Assembly: GCA_030586555.1 (NCBI GenBank)
Contig: JAURAC010000001.1
Location: 32,001-96,000, forward strand
Length of the DNA: 64,000 nucleotides
Reading direction: 5' to 3'
Source: Candidatus Subterrananammoxibius californiae
GTDB lineage: Bacteria; Planctomycetota; Brocadiia; Brocadiales; Subterrananammoxibiaceae
This document shows positions 48,709-58,564 of this stretch, piece after piece. The notes under the pieces were generated by a model. It saw only the letters and a list, made by a program, of their open reading frames with translations. It ran no database searches and was not told where the DNA came from. Made by a program: the position numbers and the translations under genes. Each line of letters starts with the position of its first letter. Position 1 is the stretch's first letter.

Positions 48709-50282
48709 CTTTGGTTCCAGTAATGAGTGACCTTTATGTGATAAAGTTGCTTTACCTCTTTATTAGCATAAAACATATCAAGATTTCTGTCCCATCCCAC
48801 GGGTAGGCCGCTCTCTAACGCCTCGATAAGGAACACGCCTTTTGACCTTCCACCACTGACATTTGAGGTCATTTTTTCGAAGACTTTACTAATACCGATG
48901 TAGACGTCTTCCTTATAATAGTATCTCAGTGGTAAGGAAACATAATCACTGTCTAAGACATGGACCGTTTCCCCATCAGATACATTCTTTAGAAGGTAAT
49001 TAGCGACGCCCTTCCAATTTAATTTTCTTGGGTCATTTCCTTTTGTTATCGTTATTATTGGAAAAAGGTAAATGCATACAGCAATTAAAAGTGCTGGACA
49101 AATAAACCTCAGTTTGCCGATAGCGGCAAATCCCTTTGCGACTAATAAAAGAATCGAACAAGACCAGAATAAATGATATTGAGTAGGACCAAAAATCGGC
49201 CATAATAAAAATGAAATTACACAAGAAGAAGCAATTGGAATGGTACTCCAGATATAAATAAGAGGCTTGTAATTGCCAGTCGAAGAAATTGTTTTTTGTT
49301 TATCACCCCAAAAATATTTGAAGATTCCCAAAAGAAGAAAGCAGCTAAAGAAGACAAAAAAACCTATTTTGACAGGAAGCTCGGCGCTTATGTATGGGCT
49401 CTGGTCTTTCGGTATTTTTATGTGTAGTCCCGCTATAAATGAAGAGAGGATGTATGGAAATGTTTCTAATGTTGGCTTGCCTAACCATCTAAGTTTTGTG
49501 GATACCTCTGAGTGTGAATACCCTTTTTGTAGTAAAAATATGGCGACACCAGATAGACAAATGACTACAATTGATGAAAAAAGTTGCAGACCACATTTAT
49601 ACTTCCTGAAAACTATGGCTATATAAACCATCTCAGTTAGCACGACAAAAATTCCAGAATTATGAGTACAAAGAAGTGCAATGTTACTAATATTGAATAC
49701 TATCCAGAGTATAGTGCGTCCGCCTGAGGTATCCTTAGCCGAAGGCGATGGATTGCCTGAGGCGGATTTTAAGGCCAATAATAATAAATACACCGACACA
49801 AGTCCCAACAAAACCGTTAATGTATATTGTTTAAGCACGTATGAGCAGAAGAAATGTTCCGGATTCACTGCCAATAAGAGTGCACCTATTAAGGCTGTTT
49901 TATTATCGAATATAAGGCTTGCAAGCTTAAAAAGGACGAAAACCGAAAGGATACCAAACATAACCGACGGAATCTTTATCGCAAATTCATTGGAACCTAT
50001 TATAAGCGTCCAATAATAGAGGATAATGAAATAAAATGGAGGGTGTCCTCTTTTTGCTGCATCCTCTATAGTAGCGCTAACGTAGCCTTTCTCAATTGTC
50101 TCTATGGTTTTTATATCGTCGCTTAAAAATGAGTATGCAGAGAGGTAATAAAGGCGCAAAAAAGCCGCTATAAAGATAATTAAACAAAGGAGAATCGTTA
50201 CATTGGACTTGCTCAGTACAGGGGTGTGATATTTTTGTTCCTTTAATAAGGAAATTGCCTTCATAATGTTTGAAGCTGACAA
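48705..50282 (-). CDS. GT-C glycosyltransferase (family 39/PMT-like), paralog 1
   Basis: Same motifs (GHPPFYF); in-frame CCTNAGG-derived insert at 49719-49766. Confidence 0.8.
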   Translation of the reverse strand: MSASNIMKAISLLKEQKYHTPVLSKSNVTILLCLIIFIAAFLRLYYLSAYSFLSDDIKTIETIEKGYVSATIEDAAKRGHPPFYFIILYYWTLIIGSNEFAIKIPSVMFGILSVFVLFKLASLIFDNKTALIGALLLAVNPEHFFCSYVLKQYTLTVLLGLVSVYLLLLALKSASGNPSPSAKDTSGGRTILWIVFNISNIALLCTHNSGIFVVLTEMVYIAIVFRKYKCGLQLFSSIVVICLSGVAIFLLQKGYSHSEVSTKLRWLGKPTLETFPYILSSFIAGLHIKIPKDQSPYISAELPVKIGFFVFFSCFLLLGIFKYFWGDKQKTISSTGNYKPLIYIWSTIPIASSCVISFLLWPIFGPTQYHLFWSCSILLLVAKGFAAIGKLRFICPALLIAVCIYLFPIITITKGNDPRKLNWKGVANYLLKNVSDGETVHVLDSDYVSLPLRYYYKEDVYIGISKVFEKMTSNVSGGRSKGVFLIEALESGLPVGWDRNLDMFYANKEVKQLYHIKVTHYWNQR

Positions 50283-51151
50283 GCAGGCAGGCGTATAAGC
50301 TGGTTTAAAGCTATAATTGCAGCTCCTATGGCTGTAACAATCTGTGGTTCAGGGGGCACAAAGACCTTTGTGCCAAGTTCCTGCTCAAGGGCGAAACGAA
50401 GTCCTTCATTTAATGCGGATCCCCCGTCAAAGAAAACTGCCTCATGTAGCCCTACCCTTCTAACCATTGCGCCAATGCGTTTTGCAATAGACCTGTGAAT
50501 CCCTGCTGCAATGTCCTCAACGCATTTTCCCTGCGATAGTAACGAGATTACCTCTGATTCACCGAATACCGTACAAAGGCTGTTTATGGGTAGAGGCTCT
50601 TTTGCCTTCAGGGATACAGCCCCTAATTGTTCAAGCTCTACTTCAAGGATGCAACTCATTACCTCAAGAAATCGTCCTGTTCCAGCGGCGCACTTATCGT
50701 TCATAACAAAGTCTACCATCATTCCTTTATCATCGATGGAAATGACCTTGCAATCCTGACCACCAATATTTATCAAGGTTCTGATTTTGGAGTTGTCGAG
50801 TCCTGAGTCGCCGAGTCCACGAGTCCAGACTCCCGACTCCCGACTCGCTGACTCCCGACTCGCCATGAGCCATGAGGCGCCCTTCACATTGGCGGAAATT
50901 TCCGTAACGACCTCACTTGAGAAATCAACCATCCTTCTTCCATAACCTGTGGAGACAACATAATGAACATCGCCTCTGGTTTTTTCTGTACTATTAAGGA
51001 TACTTTCTAAAAGAGAGGCGGCAGTTCTTCTACAATTTGTCCCTGTGGCGGAAACCTTGCTATCGAGGATTTTTATTCCGCCTGAGGCAGATTCCATTAC
51101 AACTACCTTTGTAGTAGTTGAGCCTGCATCAATACCTGCAACTAAATTCAT
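50261..51151 (-). CDS. CoA-substrate-specific enzyme activase (HgdC/BcrAD-like ATPase)
   Basis: GIDAGSTTTK, STGYGR, IGGQD.K, MNDKCAAGTGRF, CTVF.ESEV; heptamer-repeat insert at about 50790-50864. Confidence 0.9.
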   Translation of the reverse strand: MNLVAGIDAGSTTTKVVVMESASGGIKILDSKVSATGTNCRRTAASLLESILNSTEKTRGDVHYVVSTGYGRRMVDFSSEVVTEISANVKGASWLMASRESASRESGVWTRGLGDSGLDNSKIRTLINIGGQDCKVISIDDKGMMVDFVMNDKCAAGTGRFLEVMSCILEVELEQLGAVSLKAKEPLPINSLCTVFGESEVISLLSQGKCVEDIAAGIHRSIAKRIGAMVRRVGLHEAVFFDGGSALNEGLRFALEQELGTKVFVPPEPQIVTAIGAAIIALNQLIRLPACQLQTL

Positions 51152-51178
51152 GGTTTTGTTCTCAATAGGGTGGAATGT

Positions 51179-51260
51179 GTAGGGGCAACCCTTGTCGAAG
51201 ACCCGCCATCCGTTGGGTGGGTGGTTGCCCTGATATGGCAGGTACAAGACCTGCCCCTAC
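51179..51260. repeat. GTAGGGGC double-hairpin REP with nested insert
   Basis: GTAGGGGCAACCC...GGTTGCCC..GGCAGGTACAAGACCTGCCCCTAC. Confidence 0.8.
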
Positions 51261-51271
51261 CCACTAAATTA

Positions 51272-51877
51272 TCATGCATTCTTGCATCTAATGAGGTGGA
51301 ATAAGTTCAAGAAATTAACCCTATGTATCTCTAATATCTTAAGGTTGGCGTCTTCTAATATTTTCTCAGGGTTAAGCGGTTTTCCCAACCCGAGCTTCTC
51401 CCTGATGGATGAAATAGCATTTGATAATACCCCATCTTTACTTCCAAAATAATTTAATACAAAGATTTCCCCCTCTTTTTTACAAACCCTTTTCATCTCC
51501 ATTATAGCTCTGGCGGAGTTAGGCACAACAGTTATAACATAGGCGGCAATAACCTTATCAAATCTGCCATTGGCAAACGCAAGCCTTTCTGCATCCATCC
51601 TATAAAGTGAAACATTAGAAAGCCCCAGAGATAACTTTATCCTCCTTGCCTTTTCAAGCATCTCCCAACATATATCAATCCCTACTACTCTTGAATATCT
51701 CGGATATGAAGGTAACGAAACGCCTGTACCAATGCCCACTTCGAGGATTTTCTCGCCAGGTTGAGGGTTCATTAGCTGAATAGCCTTGTATCGTCCTTGT
51801 GCTAAAATCCTTCCAAAAAGGTAGTCATAAAAGTGGGTATATTTTGAATATATTTTACTTATAGTAATTGTATCCAT
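51272..51877 (-). CDS. SAM-dependent phospholipid N-methyltransferase (PmtA-like)
   Basis: YD..FG, ILEVGIGTG.SLP.Y, MDAE.L.F..FD.V.A.YV. Confidence 0.75.
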   Translation of the reverse strand: MDTITISKIYSKYTHFYDYLFGRILAQGRYKAIQLMNPQPGEKILEVGIGTGVSLPSYPRYSRVVGIDICWEMLEKARRIKLSLGLSNVSLYRMDAERLAFANGRFDKVIAAYVITVVPNSARAIMEMKRVCKKEGEIFVLNYFGSKDGVLSNAISSIREKLGLGKPLNPEKILEDANLKILEIHRVNFLNLFHLIRCKNA

Positions 51878-51891
51878 TTGCCGCGAAATCT

Positions 51892-51959
51892 GGTAGACAA
51901 CGAACTTTATGTTCGTTGATTTCAATCCGCCTGAGGCGGAATGAACATCGTTGTCTACC
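51892..51959. repeat. GGTAGACAACG palindromic element with nested perfect TCCGCCTGAGGCGGA
   Basis: Arms match 39765-39825; 15-mer at 51926-51940. Confidence 0.85.
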
Positions 51960-51983
51960 TGTCGCTAATGGTTATTATATCAG

Positions 51984-53501
51984 TTAGCCATACTCCACAA
52001 GCACCTTGCAAATAGAATCCTGAATGTCCTTAACCGTTTTAGCGCCAGTTTTGAAATCATTCACAAGTATAGAGAATGCAAGTACGTCGCCGCTCATTGT
52101 TTCAATGTAACCCGAAAGGGCGGTGGCGCCAGATATGTACCCGCTCTTTGCCCGTATTCTGGATTTATACGGTACATCACGCAACCTATTACGCAAGCTT
52201 CCTTCGTCATCTCCGGGGACGGCTAATGACTGCATAAAGGGACGAGAGTATTTATGGTTATACATATAAGCCAATAAACTGGTTATCATTTTTGGAGAAA
52301 ACTTGTTTCCGCTGGACAAACCTGAGCCGTCTACCATTTGATATTGTCCCCGATTATAACCTAATGAATGCATAAAGTCCTGCATCACCTCTATCCCTGA
52401 GGCAAAGCTACCCATTCCCTTCAGGTTAAAGCCCAATGTTTTAAGGATTTGTTCTGCGTAAAAATTTTGACTCCTTGTATTAGCAACAATTACGGTTTGC
52501 TCCATTGTAGAGACAGTTTGTGTAATCGCCGTAATGCTCTTAGTATCACCGTACTCATCAGAATTTATTAGACGTGTTGTACCCAGGACCTTTACACCTT
52601 TTTTCTCAAGAATTTCCTTGAAGACCGTTGCAAGGTATAAGCCTGGATTGTGGATAGTAACCCAGTCCTTTCTTACAGCGGAGTTTGCAAAGAGTCTTCC
52701 ACTTAAGATTATTTCATTTGTTCCTGGTATCCTATCTAATGAATAAAAACGGTCTGAAGGATTGTTTGTGGTCTTGCACTTATTATTTATCGTGACATAC
52801 GCTGTATCAGGTTCAACGGTTACTTTCACCAAATCTCCAATTTTTTTCCCTGGTTCTATTATGAAATCAATGCAATTGTCGTTGAAAGATACCCCCCCTA
52901 CCTCCGCACAATACCACTTAGATAGCTGGTTGCTTGGCCAGGTAGGCGGTATATATTCACGGTCAAAAACCCTGTCATCGGCAATAATGTCCCCGCTAAT
53001 GGCATTGATACCAGCGCCTTTAACCTCACCCGCCCATGATTCTGGAACAGCCGTTACATTCCCATCATTAAACCTCCCGGAGAGGTTAGGGTCACCGCTT
53101 CCTTTAATAATAACATCGCCTTCTAAGGCACCGCCTGGCAAAATCTTGCCACTTCTATAAACGACAGTTTTATACTCGTATTTTGGACCGAAGTAAACAA
53201 GCGCAGCGGCAGTTGTAAATAACTTTGTATTAGAGGCAATAGAAAAGAGTTTTTCCTCGTTACGCTTGTACAGTATTTTATTGTTATTTTCAAGAGAAAC
53301 TACATAAATGCCTACCTGCGCATTATTCAAAACCTTCTTTTTAAGGATAGCAGAAATCCTATCTTCTAAGCCTGTTCTTGCACTGCCTTTGTCTGCCTTA
53401 GGTGGAGGACTCGTTTTCCTGGCAGCGAGACAAATGTGGCAATGACAAAATAGGATTATTATAAAAACAAAAAAGGAAAAGGGGCGTTTCTCTTTTAGCA
53501 T
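51984..53501 (-). CDS. dacB: D-alanyl-D-alanine carboxypeptidase/endopeptidase PBP4
   Basis: ASNTK (SxxK), GSGDP, SQN, DGSGLS, AKSG. Confidence 0.92.
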   Translation of the reverse strand: MLKEKRPFSFFVFIIILFCHCHICLAARKTSPPPKADKGSARTGLEDRISAILKKKVLNNAQVGIYVVSLENNNKILYKRNEEKLFSIASNTKLFTTAAALVYFGPKYEYKTVVYRSGKILPGGALEGDVIIKGSGDPNLSGRFNDGNVTAVPESWAGEVKGAGINAISGDIIADDRVFDREYIPPTWPSNQLSKWYCAEVGGVSFNDNCIDFIIEPGKKIGDLVKVTVEPDTAYVTINNKCKTTNNPSDRFYSLDRIPGTNEIILSGRLFANSAVRKDWVTIHNPGLYLATVFKEILEKKGVKVLGTTRLINSDEYGDTKSITAITQTVSTMEQTVIVANTRSQNFYAEQILKTLGFNLKGMGSFASGIEVMQDFMHSLGYNRGQYQMVDGSGLSSGNKFSPKMITSLLAYMYNHKYSRPFMQSLAVPGDDEGSLRNRLRDVPYKSRIRAKSGYISGATALSGYIETMSGDVLAFSILVNDFKTGAKTVKDIQDSICKVLVEYG

Positions 53502-53938
53502 TACTTCTTCTTTACACGACGGCGAATGGCTTTTGAAGGCAAAGACGGTTCTTTTGGAAGATGCTCAGCCTCTTTCAGTTCCAATATACTCTTCACCTTT
53601 TGTAAAACAATATTCTTATCCAATGGTTTAGCTATAAAATCCTGAGCGCCAGCCTTGGTAAGAGCCGCTTCGGTCCGCTTAGACTTGTTCTCATAGATTA
53701 CAATTATTGGAAGTGATGGGTCAACGCTTCGCAACCCTTTAATAATCTCAATAGCAGGAACCTCATGAACCTCTGTACCAATTAAAGCGAGACTCATTTT
53801 CCGTTCTGCAATGATTGATACCGCAACCTGACTGTTGAGGGCAACCTCTGTTTCGTAACCTTCTAACTCGAAATAGTCTCGGAGGTCGTCCACCGTTTGA
53901 CGAGTATCTTCGATAATCAAGATTCTTGGATATGCCAT
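53501..53938 (-). CDS. Single-domain response regulator (atypical, phospho-acceptor Asp appears replaced)
   Basis: ILIIED, SLALIG at the usual DLIILD position, KP. Confidence 0.75.
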   Translation of the reverse strand: MAYPRILIIEDTRQTVDDLRDYFELEGYETEVALNSQVAVSIIAERKMSLALIGTEVHEVPAIEIIKGLRSVDPSLPIIVIYENKSKRTEAALTKAGAQDFIAKPLDKNIVLQKVKSILELKEAEHLPKEPSLPSKAIRRRVKKK

Positions 53939-54022
53939 CTTCTATCTCCCCTTTTTTGATTGCGGAGTGTGAAATAATTAATGCAGAATTATTTCATAAT
54001 CCGAGATAGGCACTCCTCATTT

Positions 54023-55612
54023 CTACAACGGTCTTATTAGATGTACAGACTCAATATTTTCAATCCTCCTTATTGCATCTAACGTATCCTGAGATAAACT
54101 CTGGTCAACGTTAAGCACTATGATGGCGTTACCGCCAGTTTCCTTCCTGCCAAATGTCATGCGTGCGATGTTAATGTTCTGGTCTCCCAGTATCTTTCCA
54201 ACATGTCCGATTAAGCCGGGTCTATCCTTGCCAAACAAGATTAACATGTGCCCATCAGGGATTGCTTCAACGGAGTAACCATTAATCTCCACAATCCGTG
54301 CCTCTCTCATATCGAAAACGGTTCCTGCAACAGACCTTTCACCATCGTCAGTATGTATCCTTGCATAAACGAGGTTTGTAAAATTGCTGGGACAGGAGGT
54401 TATAGTTTCGTTTACCTTTATACCCCTTTCGGCGACTATTATGGGTATGCTAACAAGGTTGACCCCTTCGTCAAGGGCAGGCCTTAAGAGCCCAACAAGC
54501 AAGCTATTCGTCAGCAACCATACAGTTTCTTTTTCATTACTAACATCGCCGCAATAAGCCACATCTATGGAACGCAATCCTCCATGGGACAGTTGTACAA
54601 GTACGGAGCCCATCTTCTCTGCAAGTACGGTAAAGGGGCGCAAGCGTTGAAACTCTTCTGGATGAATTACAGGCATATTTACTGCATTATGTATCCCCTT
54701 CCCAGTGAGGGCATCTATCGTCAGTTGGGCGGCTTCCATTGTAACCGCCAGTTGGGCTTCCTCGGTTGATGCACCGAGATGCGGGGTTGCAAGCACCTGT
54801 TCCAATTCTAATAACTTGTTATCAACAGGAGGCTCTATTTCAAAGACGTCAAGGGCAGCTCCTGCCACCTTTCCATTTACAATGGCATCATAAAGGGATT
54901 TTTCTGAGATTATCCCTCCACGTGCGCAGTTAACTATTCGCACACCATCTTTCATTAAATCAAATGCGCGCTTAGCGATTAAATTCTTCGTCTCATTATT
55001 GAGTGGCACATGGACCGTTACATAGTCTGACTGGGTCAATAACGCATCAAGATTTCCTACTACGTGGACATGGAGTTGTGATGACGCATCAGGCGATATA
55101 AATGGGTCGTATCCTATAACCTTCATTTCCAGCGCTGAGGCACGTTTTGCCACCTGGCGTCCAACCCTGCCAAGACCAATTATACCCAGTGTTTTTCCCG
55201 CTATCTGCGTGCCAATAAATCTCTTTCTGTCCCACTGGCCAGCTTTTAGGGATATATAAGCAGGGGCGATGTTCCTTGAAAGTGCAAGGAGCATTGTTAG
55301 TGTGTGTTCTGCCGTGGAGACTATATTTCCACCAGGGGCATTCATAACCACGATGCCTTTCTTACTGGCTGCTACAACGTCAATATTATCCACACCAACA
55401 CCCGCCCTGCATATAACCTTGAGGTTTCCGGCATTTCCCAATATTTCTGCAGTAATCTTCGTTTCACTGCGAAGAATTATTCCAGCGTACTCGCCAATTT
55501 CTTTCTTTAAGTCTGCCGGGGAAATATTGGGCTTTATGACTGCTTCTATAGAGGCATTTTTGAGAATCTTGACGCACTCTTGCGGTACTTTATATGTAAC
55601 TAATACTTTCAT
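54023..55612 (-). CDS. serA: D-3-phosphoglycerate dehydrogenase (type I, ACT domain)
   Basis: RAGVGVDN, GLGRVG, NCARGG, PHLGAST.EAQ, DRPG.IG. Confidence 0.97.
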   Translation of the reverse strand: MKVLVTYKVPQECVKILKNASIEAVIKPNISPADLKKEIGEYAGIILRSETKITAEILGNAGNLKVICRAGVGVDNIDVVAASKKGIVVMNAPGGNIVSTAEHTLTMLLALSRNIAPAYISLKAGQWDRKRFIGTQIAGKTLGIIGLGRVGRQVAKRASALEMKVIGYDPFISPDASSQLHVHVVGNLDALLTQSDYVTVHVPLNNETKNLIAKRAFDLMKDGVRIVNCARGGIISEKSLYDAIVNGKVAGAALDVFEIEPPVDNKLLELEQVLATPHLGASTEEAQLAVTMEAAQLTIDALTGKGIHNAVNMPVIHPEEFQRLRPFTVLAEKMGSVLVQLSHGGLRSIDVAYCGDVSNEKETVWLLTNSLLVGLLRPALDEGVNLVSIPIIVAERGIKVNETITSCPSNFTNLVYARIHTDDGERSVAGTVFDMREARIVEINGYSVEAIPDGHMLILFGKDRPGLIGHVGKILGDQNINIARMTFGRKETGGNAIIVLNVDQSLSQDTLDAIRRIENIESVHLIRPL

Positions 55613-55628
55613 AGTAACCCTTCAAATA

Positions 55629-55745
55629 GGCTAAAGGCTTAAGGCTAATGGCTGACGGTTTAAGGCCGAAGTTAAGACCTCCTGACCTCTTAACTTCCCA
55701 ACTTCCTATCTTCCCAACTTCCCAGCATCTTCAGCCCTCAGCCTC
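55629..55745. repeat. Inverted array of 7/8-mer repeats
   Basis: GGCTAAAGGCTTAAGGCTAATGGCTGA... mirrored by AACTTCCC repeats and TCAGCC; similar to 45480-45560. Confidence 0.6.
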
Positions 55746-55986
55746 ATTTAAAAATCATTTTAGCGTAACCATTGTCGAAAGTCAAACCCATTTCAAGAAA
55801 GCCCAAAAAATCTGTGTCTGCCTCAGGCGGACTAAACATGTTTGCGGTAAGATGCGCCCCGAAAGGTTTTTCCCTTGAAACCTTTCCTGAAAACTGTTAG
55901 TATGCCTATTTTGTGACTAAAATCTTATAGTTTAATATTTTGTTCCAACAAGAATTTTTTCTGTCTTACCAATCAAAATAAAAAAG

Positions 55987-57789
55987 ATGAAAGTAGAAAT
56001 AACAAAAAACACTATAATAAAGGACCTGGTGGAAAAATATCCTTCGACCGTAGAGGTGTTCAGGAAGCATAAACTTTTAATTGCAGGAGGCGTTCGAGGA
56101 CCGAATGAACCGCTCGGTTTCTTTGCAAAGGCGCACGATGTAAATTATGATGAGCTTGTAAAGGAGCTTCACGAAGCAATCGAAAAGGGCACGGAGGGTG
56201 CCGTTGCCCCTGTATTGGTAGTAGATAGGCTTTACGAGAAGTATGTAAAAGCCGCAATCATTCTTATCCTGACCGCTGGCGCCACATTTGGCGCCGCCAT
56301 ATTAACCGGCATAGGCATAAAAGGCGATTTCAGGTCTATACCGTATTCCATTATCCAACCACATGGTTTTGCACAACTCTTTGGATGGTTGGGTCTTTGT
56401 ATTATGGGCTTTGGCTATTATATTATTCCCAGGGTAAAAGGCACAGAACTCTACGGTAAAAAGCTGCCAGAGTTTGTCTTCTGGTTAATGATTGGCGGTA
56501 TTGCGCTCAGGACAGTTATTCAGCCGATACCTGACGATAGATTAAATATTTTATTGCCAATATCCGGGGTGGCGCTGGTTGTGGCTGTGTGCCTGTTTGC
56601 ATACGGAATATTCAATACAATGAGGCAGAGCACAAATCCTTTGGAGGTGTTTGACAAGTTCTTTGTAGCAGGCGTTGTCTGGTTCATCATAAATAGCCTG
56701 ATTAACCTTGCAATGACCATTTACTTATTTATATCCCCCTCAAAAGAAATCCCGCAATCAATCTTCGCACCCTTTGTTCACCTCTTTCTCTTTGGTTTTG
56801 CCATTATGTTTATCTTTGCCATTAATCTTAGGACCGTCTATGCATTCTTAGACCTCGAGAAACCAATAACATGGCTTGCAAACAGCTCATTTGTCATCTT
56901 AAACATTGCCGTACCAATTTATTTTATCACTACATGGCTAAAATATAATCACGTAGTTTTTCTTAAGCTTTCACAGCTTTCAATCTACTTTATTGTCCTC
57001 GCAGGCTTCATGTTCATATATGCTATAAGAATATTTAGCAGACAGACAAAGGAACTTGAAGATATAGTAATGGACCGTAGCTATGAAAAGGCTATCAAAG
57101 CCGCCTATGCCTGGTTAATTATTGCCCTGATAATGTTCGTATTCGAAACCTTCTTAAAACAGCCCGAACAGGCGTATCTTTTCCACGGTTCAGCCAATCA
57201 CGCTATTACGGTCGGCTTTATCACTATGATGATAATAGGATACTCATCGAAGATGATTCCTACTTTTACGGGCATTAATCTATTCAGTACACGGCTATCT
57301 GATATAACGTTTATCATGCTTAACACGGGTATCTTTATAAGGGTATCTTCTCAAATAATGACCGGGTTTTATGGAGGACCGTTTTATATTACCAGCTTAT
57401 CATCGGGCTGGATAGAAGTGGGTGGACTTGCTTTATTCGGCGTAAACCTGTGGAAAACCATGAATGCTGCTTACGAGGAAGAAGCTAAAATAACTGAAGC
57501 GTCGGTAGTGTGTGAGCCTGCTCAAGAGCAAGTTAGCGTTGGGAGTCCATCCGCCTCGGTCGTACAAGTGGGGACGATAAAGATTACAAAAGATTCAAAG
57601 ATAGGAGACATAATCCAGAAATATCCTCAGACGTTAGATGTGCTTATTGGACTCGGATTTAAACAGCTCAAAAATCCTATTGCAAGAAGGACCGTCGCAA
57701 AATTTGCCACGGTCGAAATGGCAAGCAAAATGCACAATATCAATCTCGAAAAACTCCTGCAAGTGCTAAATGAAAAATGCCAGGGTTAA
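55987..57789 (+). CDS. NnrS-like polytopic membrane protein flanked by two DUF1858-like domains
   Basis: I.DLVEKYP.T.EVF and IGDII.KYP..LDVL..LGF domains; conserved His in HGFAQLFGW, HLFLFGF, HAITVGF. Confidence 0.7.
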   Translation: MKVEITKNTIIKDLVEKYPSTVEVFRKHKLLIAGGVRGPNEPLGFFAKAHDVNYDELVKELHEAIEKGTEGAVAPVLVVDRLYEKYVKAAIILILTAGATFGAAILTGIGIKGDFRSIPYSIIQPHGFAQLFGWLGLCIMGFGYYIIPRVKGTELYGKKLPEFVFWLMIGGIALRTVIQPIPDDRLNILLPISGVALVVAVCLFAYGIFNTMRQSTNPLEVFDKFFVAGVVWFIINSLINLAMTIYLFISPSKEIPQSIFAPFVHLFLFGFAIMFIFAINLRTVYAFLDLEKPITWLANSSFVILNIAVPIYFITTWLKYNHVVFLKLSQLSIYFIVLAGFMFIYAIRIFSRQTKELEDIVMDRSYEKAIKAAYAWLIIALIMFVFETFLKQPEQAYLFHGSANHAITVGFITMMIIGYSSKMIPTFTGINLFSTRLSDITFIMLNTGIFIRVSSQIMTGFYGGPFYITSLSSGWIEVGGLALFGVNLWKTMNAAYEEEAKITEASVVCEPAQEQVSVGSPSASVVQVGTIKITKDSKIGDIIQKYPQTLDVLIGLGFKQLKNPIARRTVAKFATVEMASKMHNINLEKLLQVLNEKCQG

Positions 57790-57914
57790 AAACAAGTATA
57801 GCGGACTATCTTTTAACCCTGCAACGACAAAAGGATGTCCTGCTTTGGGAGTGATAAATAACAAAACACAAGTATTTGTTTTTGATGGTGTTATGAATTA
57901 TTTTTAAAAATAGC

Positions 57915-57942
57915 TTGACATTCTACATACTTTGAATATAAT
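57915..57942 (+). promoter_or_regulatory. Consensus sigma70 promoter of the secreted-paralog array
   Basis: TTGACA-N16-TATAAT. Confidence 0.7.
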
Positions 57943-58009
57943 TTTGGCAGTATTTGGAAGCAGTCCCATCGTTTTTTAATAGTTGAATTAAAAAGGAGAG
58001 GAGGCTTCT

Positions 58010-58483
58010 GTGAAGGTTAGTATTTGGAATTGGGTATTTCTGGCATGTATTGTCATTGTTTTGACTATCACAGACCGTAATCTATGTGCCGCAAGTGAAC
58101 ATAGGAAACATTCCAAAGTACATATCACCAATTTTAAAGGCGAAGCAGAAAACAAATTTAAGACTGATGAAAGTGTTTATGTTAAGGGCAGTAATTTTGA
58201 ACCATTGACCAACGTGGATGTTTATGTAACGGAAAACAAAAAATGGGTAAATGGCGACCCTTTAACTGGAACTGATATAAGCTCTGATGGTGTAGAAACC
58301 ATTCAAACCACATCCAATGGCAATATCCTTAAAACAATGGTGTGGGGAGCGCCGACTGTAGTAGGAAAATATGATATTGTTGTTGATGCCAACCAGGATG
58401 GTACGTTTGATACAGGAGATGGTGATGCTGTTGATAACAAAAGCATAGACCCAGGTTTTAAGGTTAAAAGATTTTTACCCTAA
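58010..58483 (+). CDS. Secreted paralog 1 (YDIVVDANQDG domain)
   Basis: Signal peptide plus one domain of about 120 aa. Confidence 0.8.
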   Translation: MKVSIWNWVFLACIVIVLTITDRNLCAASEHRKHSKVHITNFKGEAENKFKTDESVYVKGSNFEPLTNVDVYVTENKKWVNGDPLTGTDISSDGVETIQTTSNGNILKTMVWGAPTVVGKYDIVVDANQDGTFDTGDGDAVDNKSIDPGFKVKRFLP

Positions 58484-58507
58484 ATTAATTCCCAAATATA
58501 CCGATAA
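58481..58507 (+). promoter_or_regulatory. Sigma-28-like promoter upstream of paralog 2
   Basis: TAAA-N15-ACCGATAA. Confidence 0.5.
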
Positions 58508-58564
58508 TGAAATATTATAATATTGTCTTATAAATAGCATTGTTTTGTAAAAGGGGGGCGGAAG

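Noticed and set aside
45527..50282. Diversity-generating retroelement TR/VR pairs among repeated segments
   Set aside because: Differences are not adenine-specific and there is no reverse transcriptase; the repeats are ordinary paralogy.
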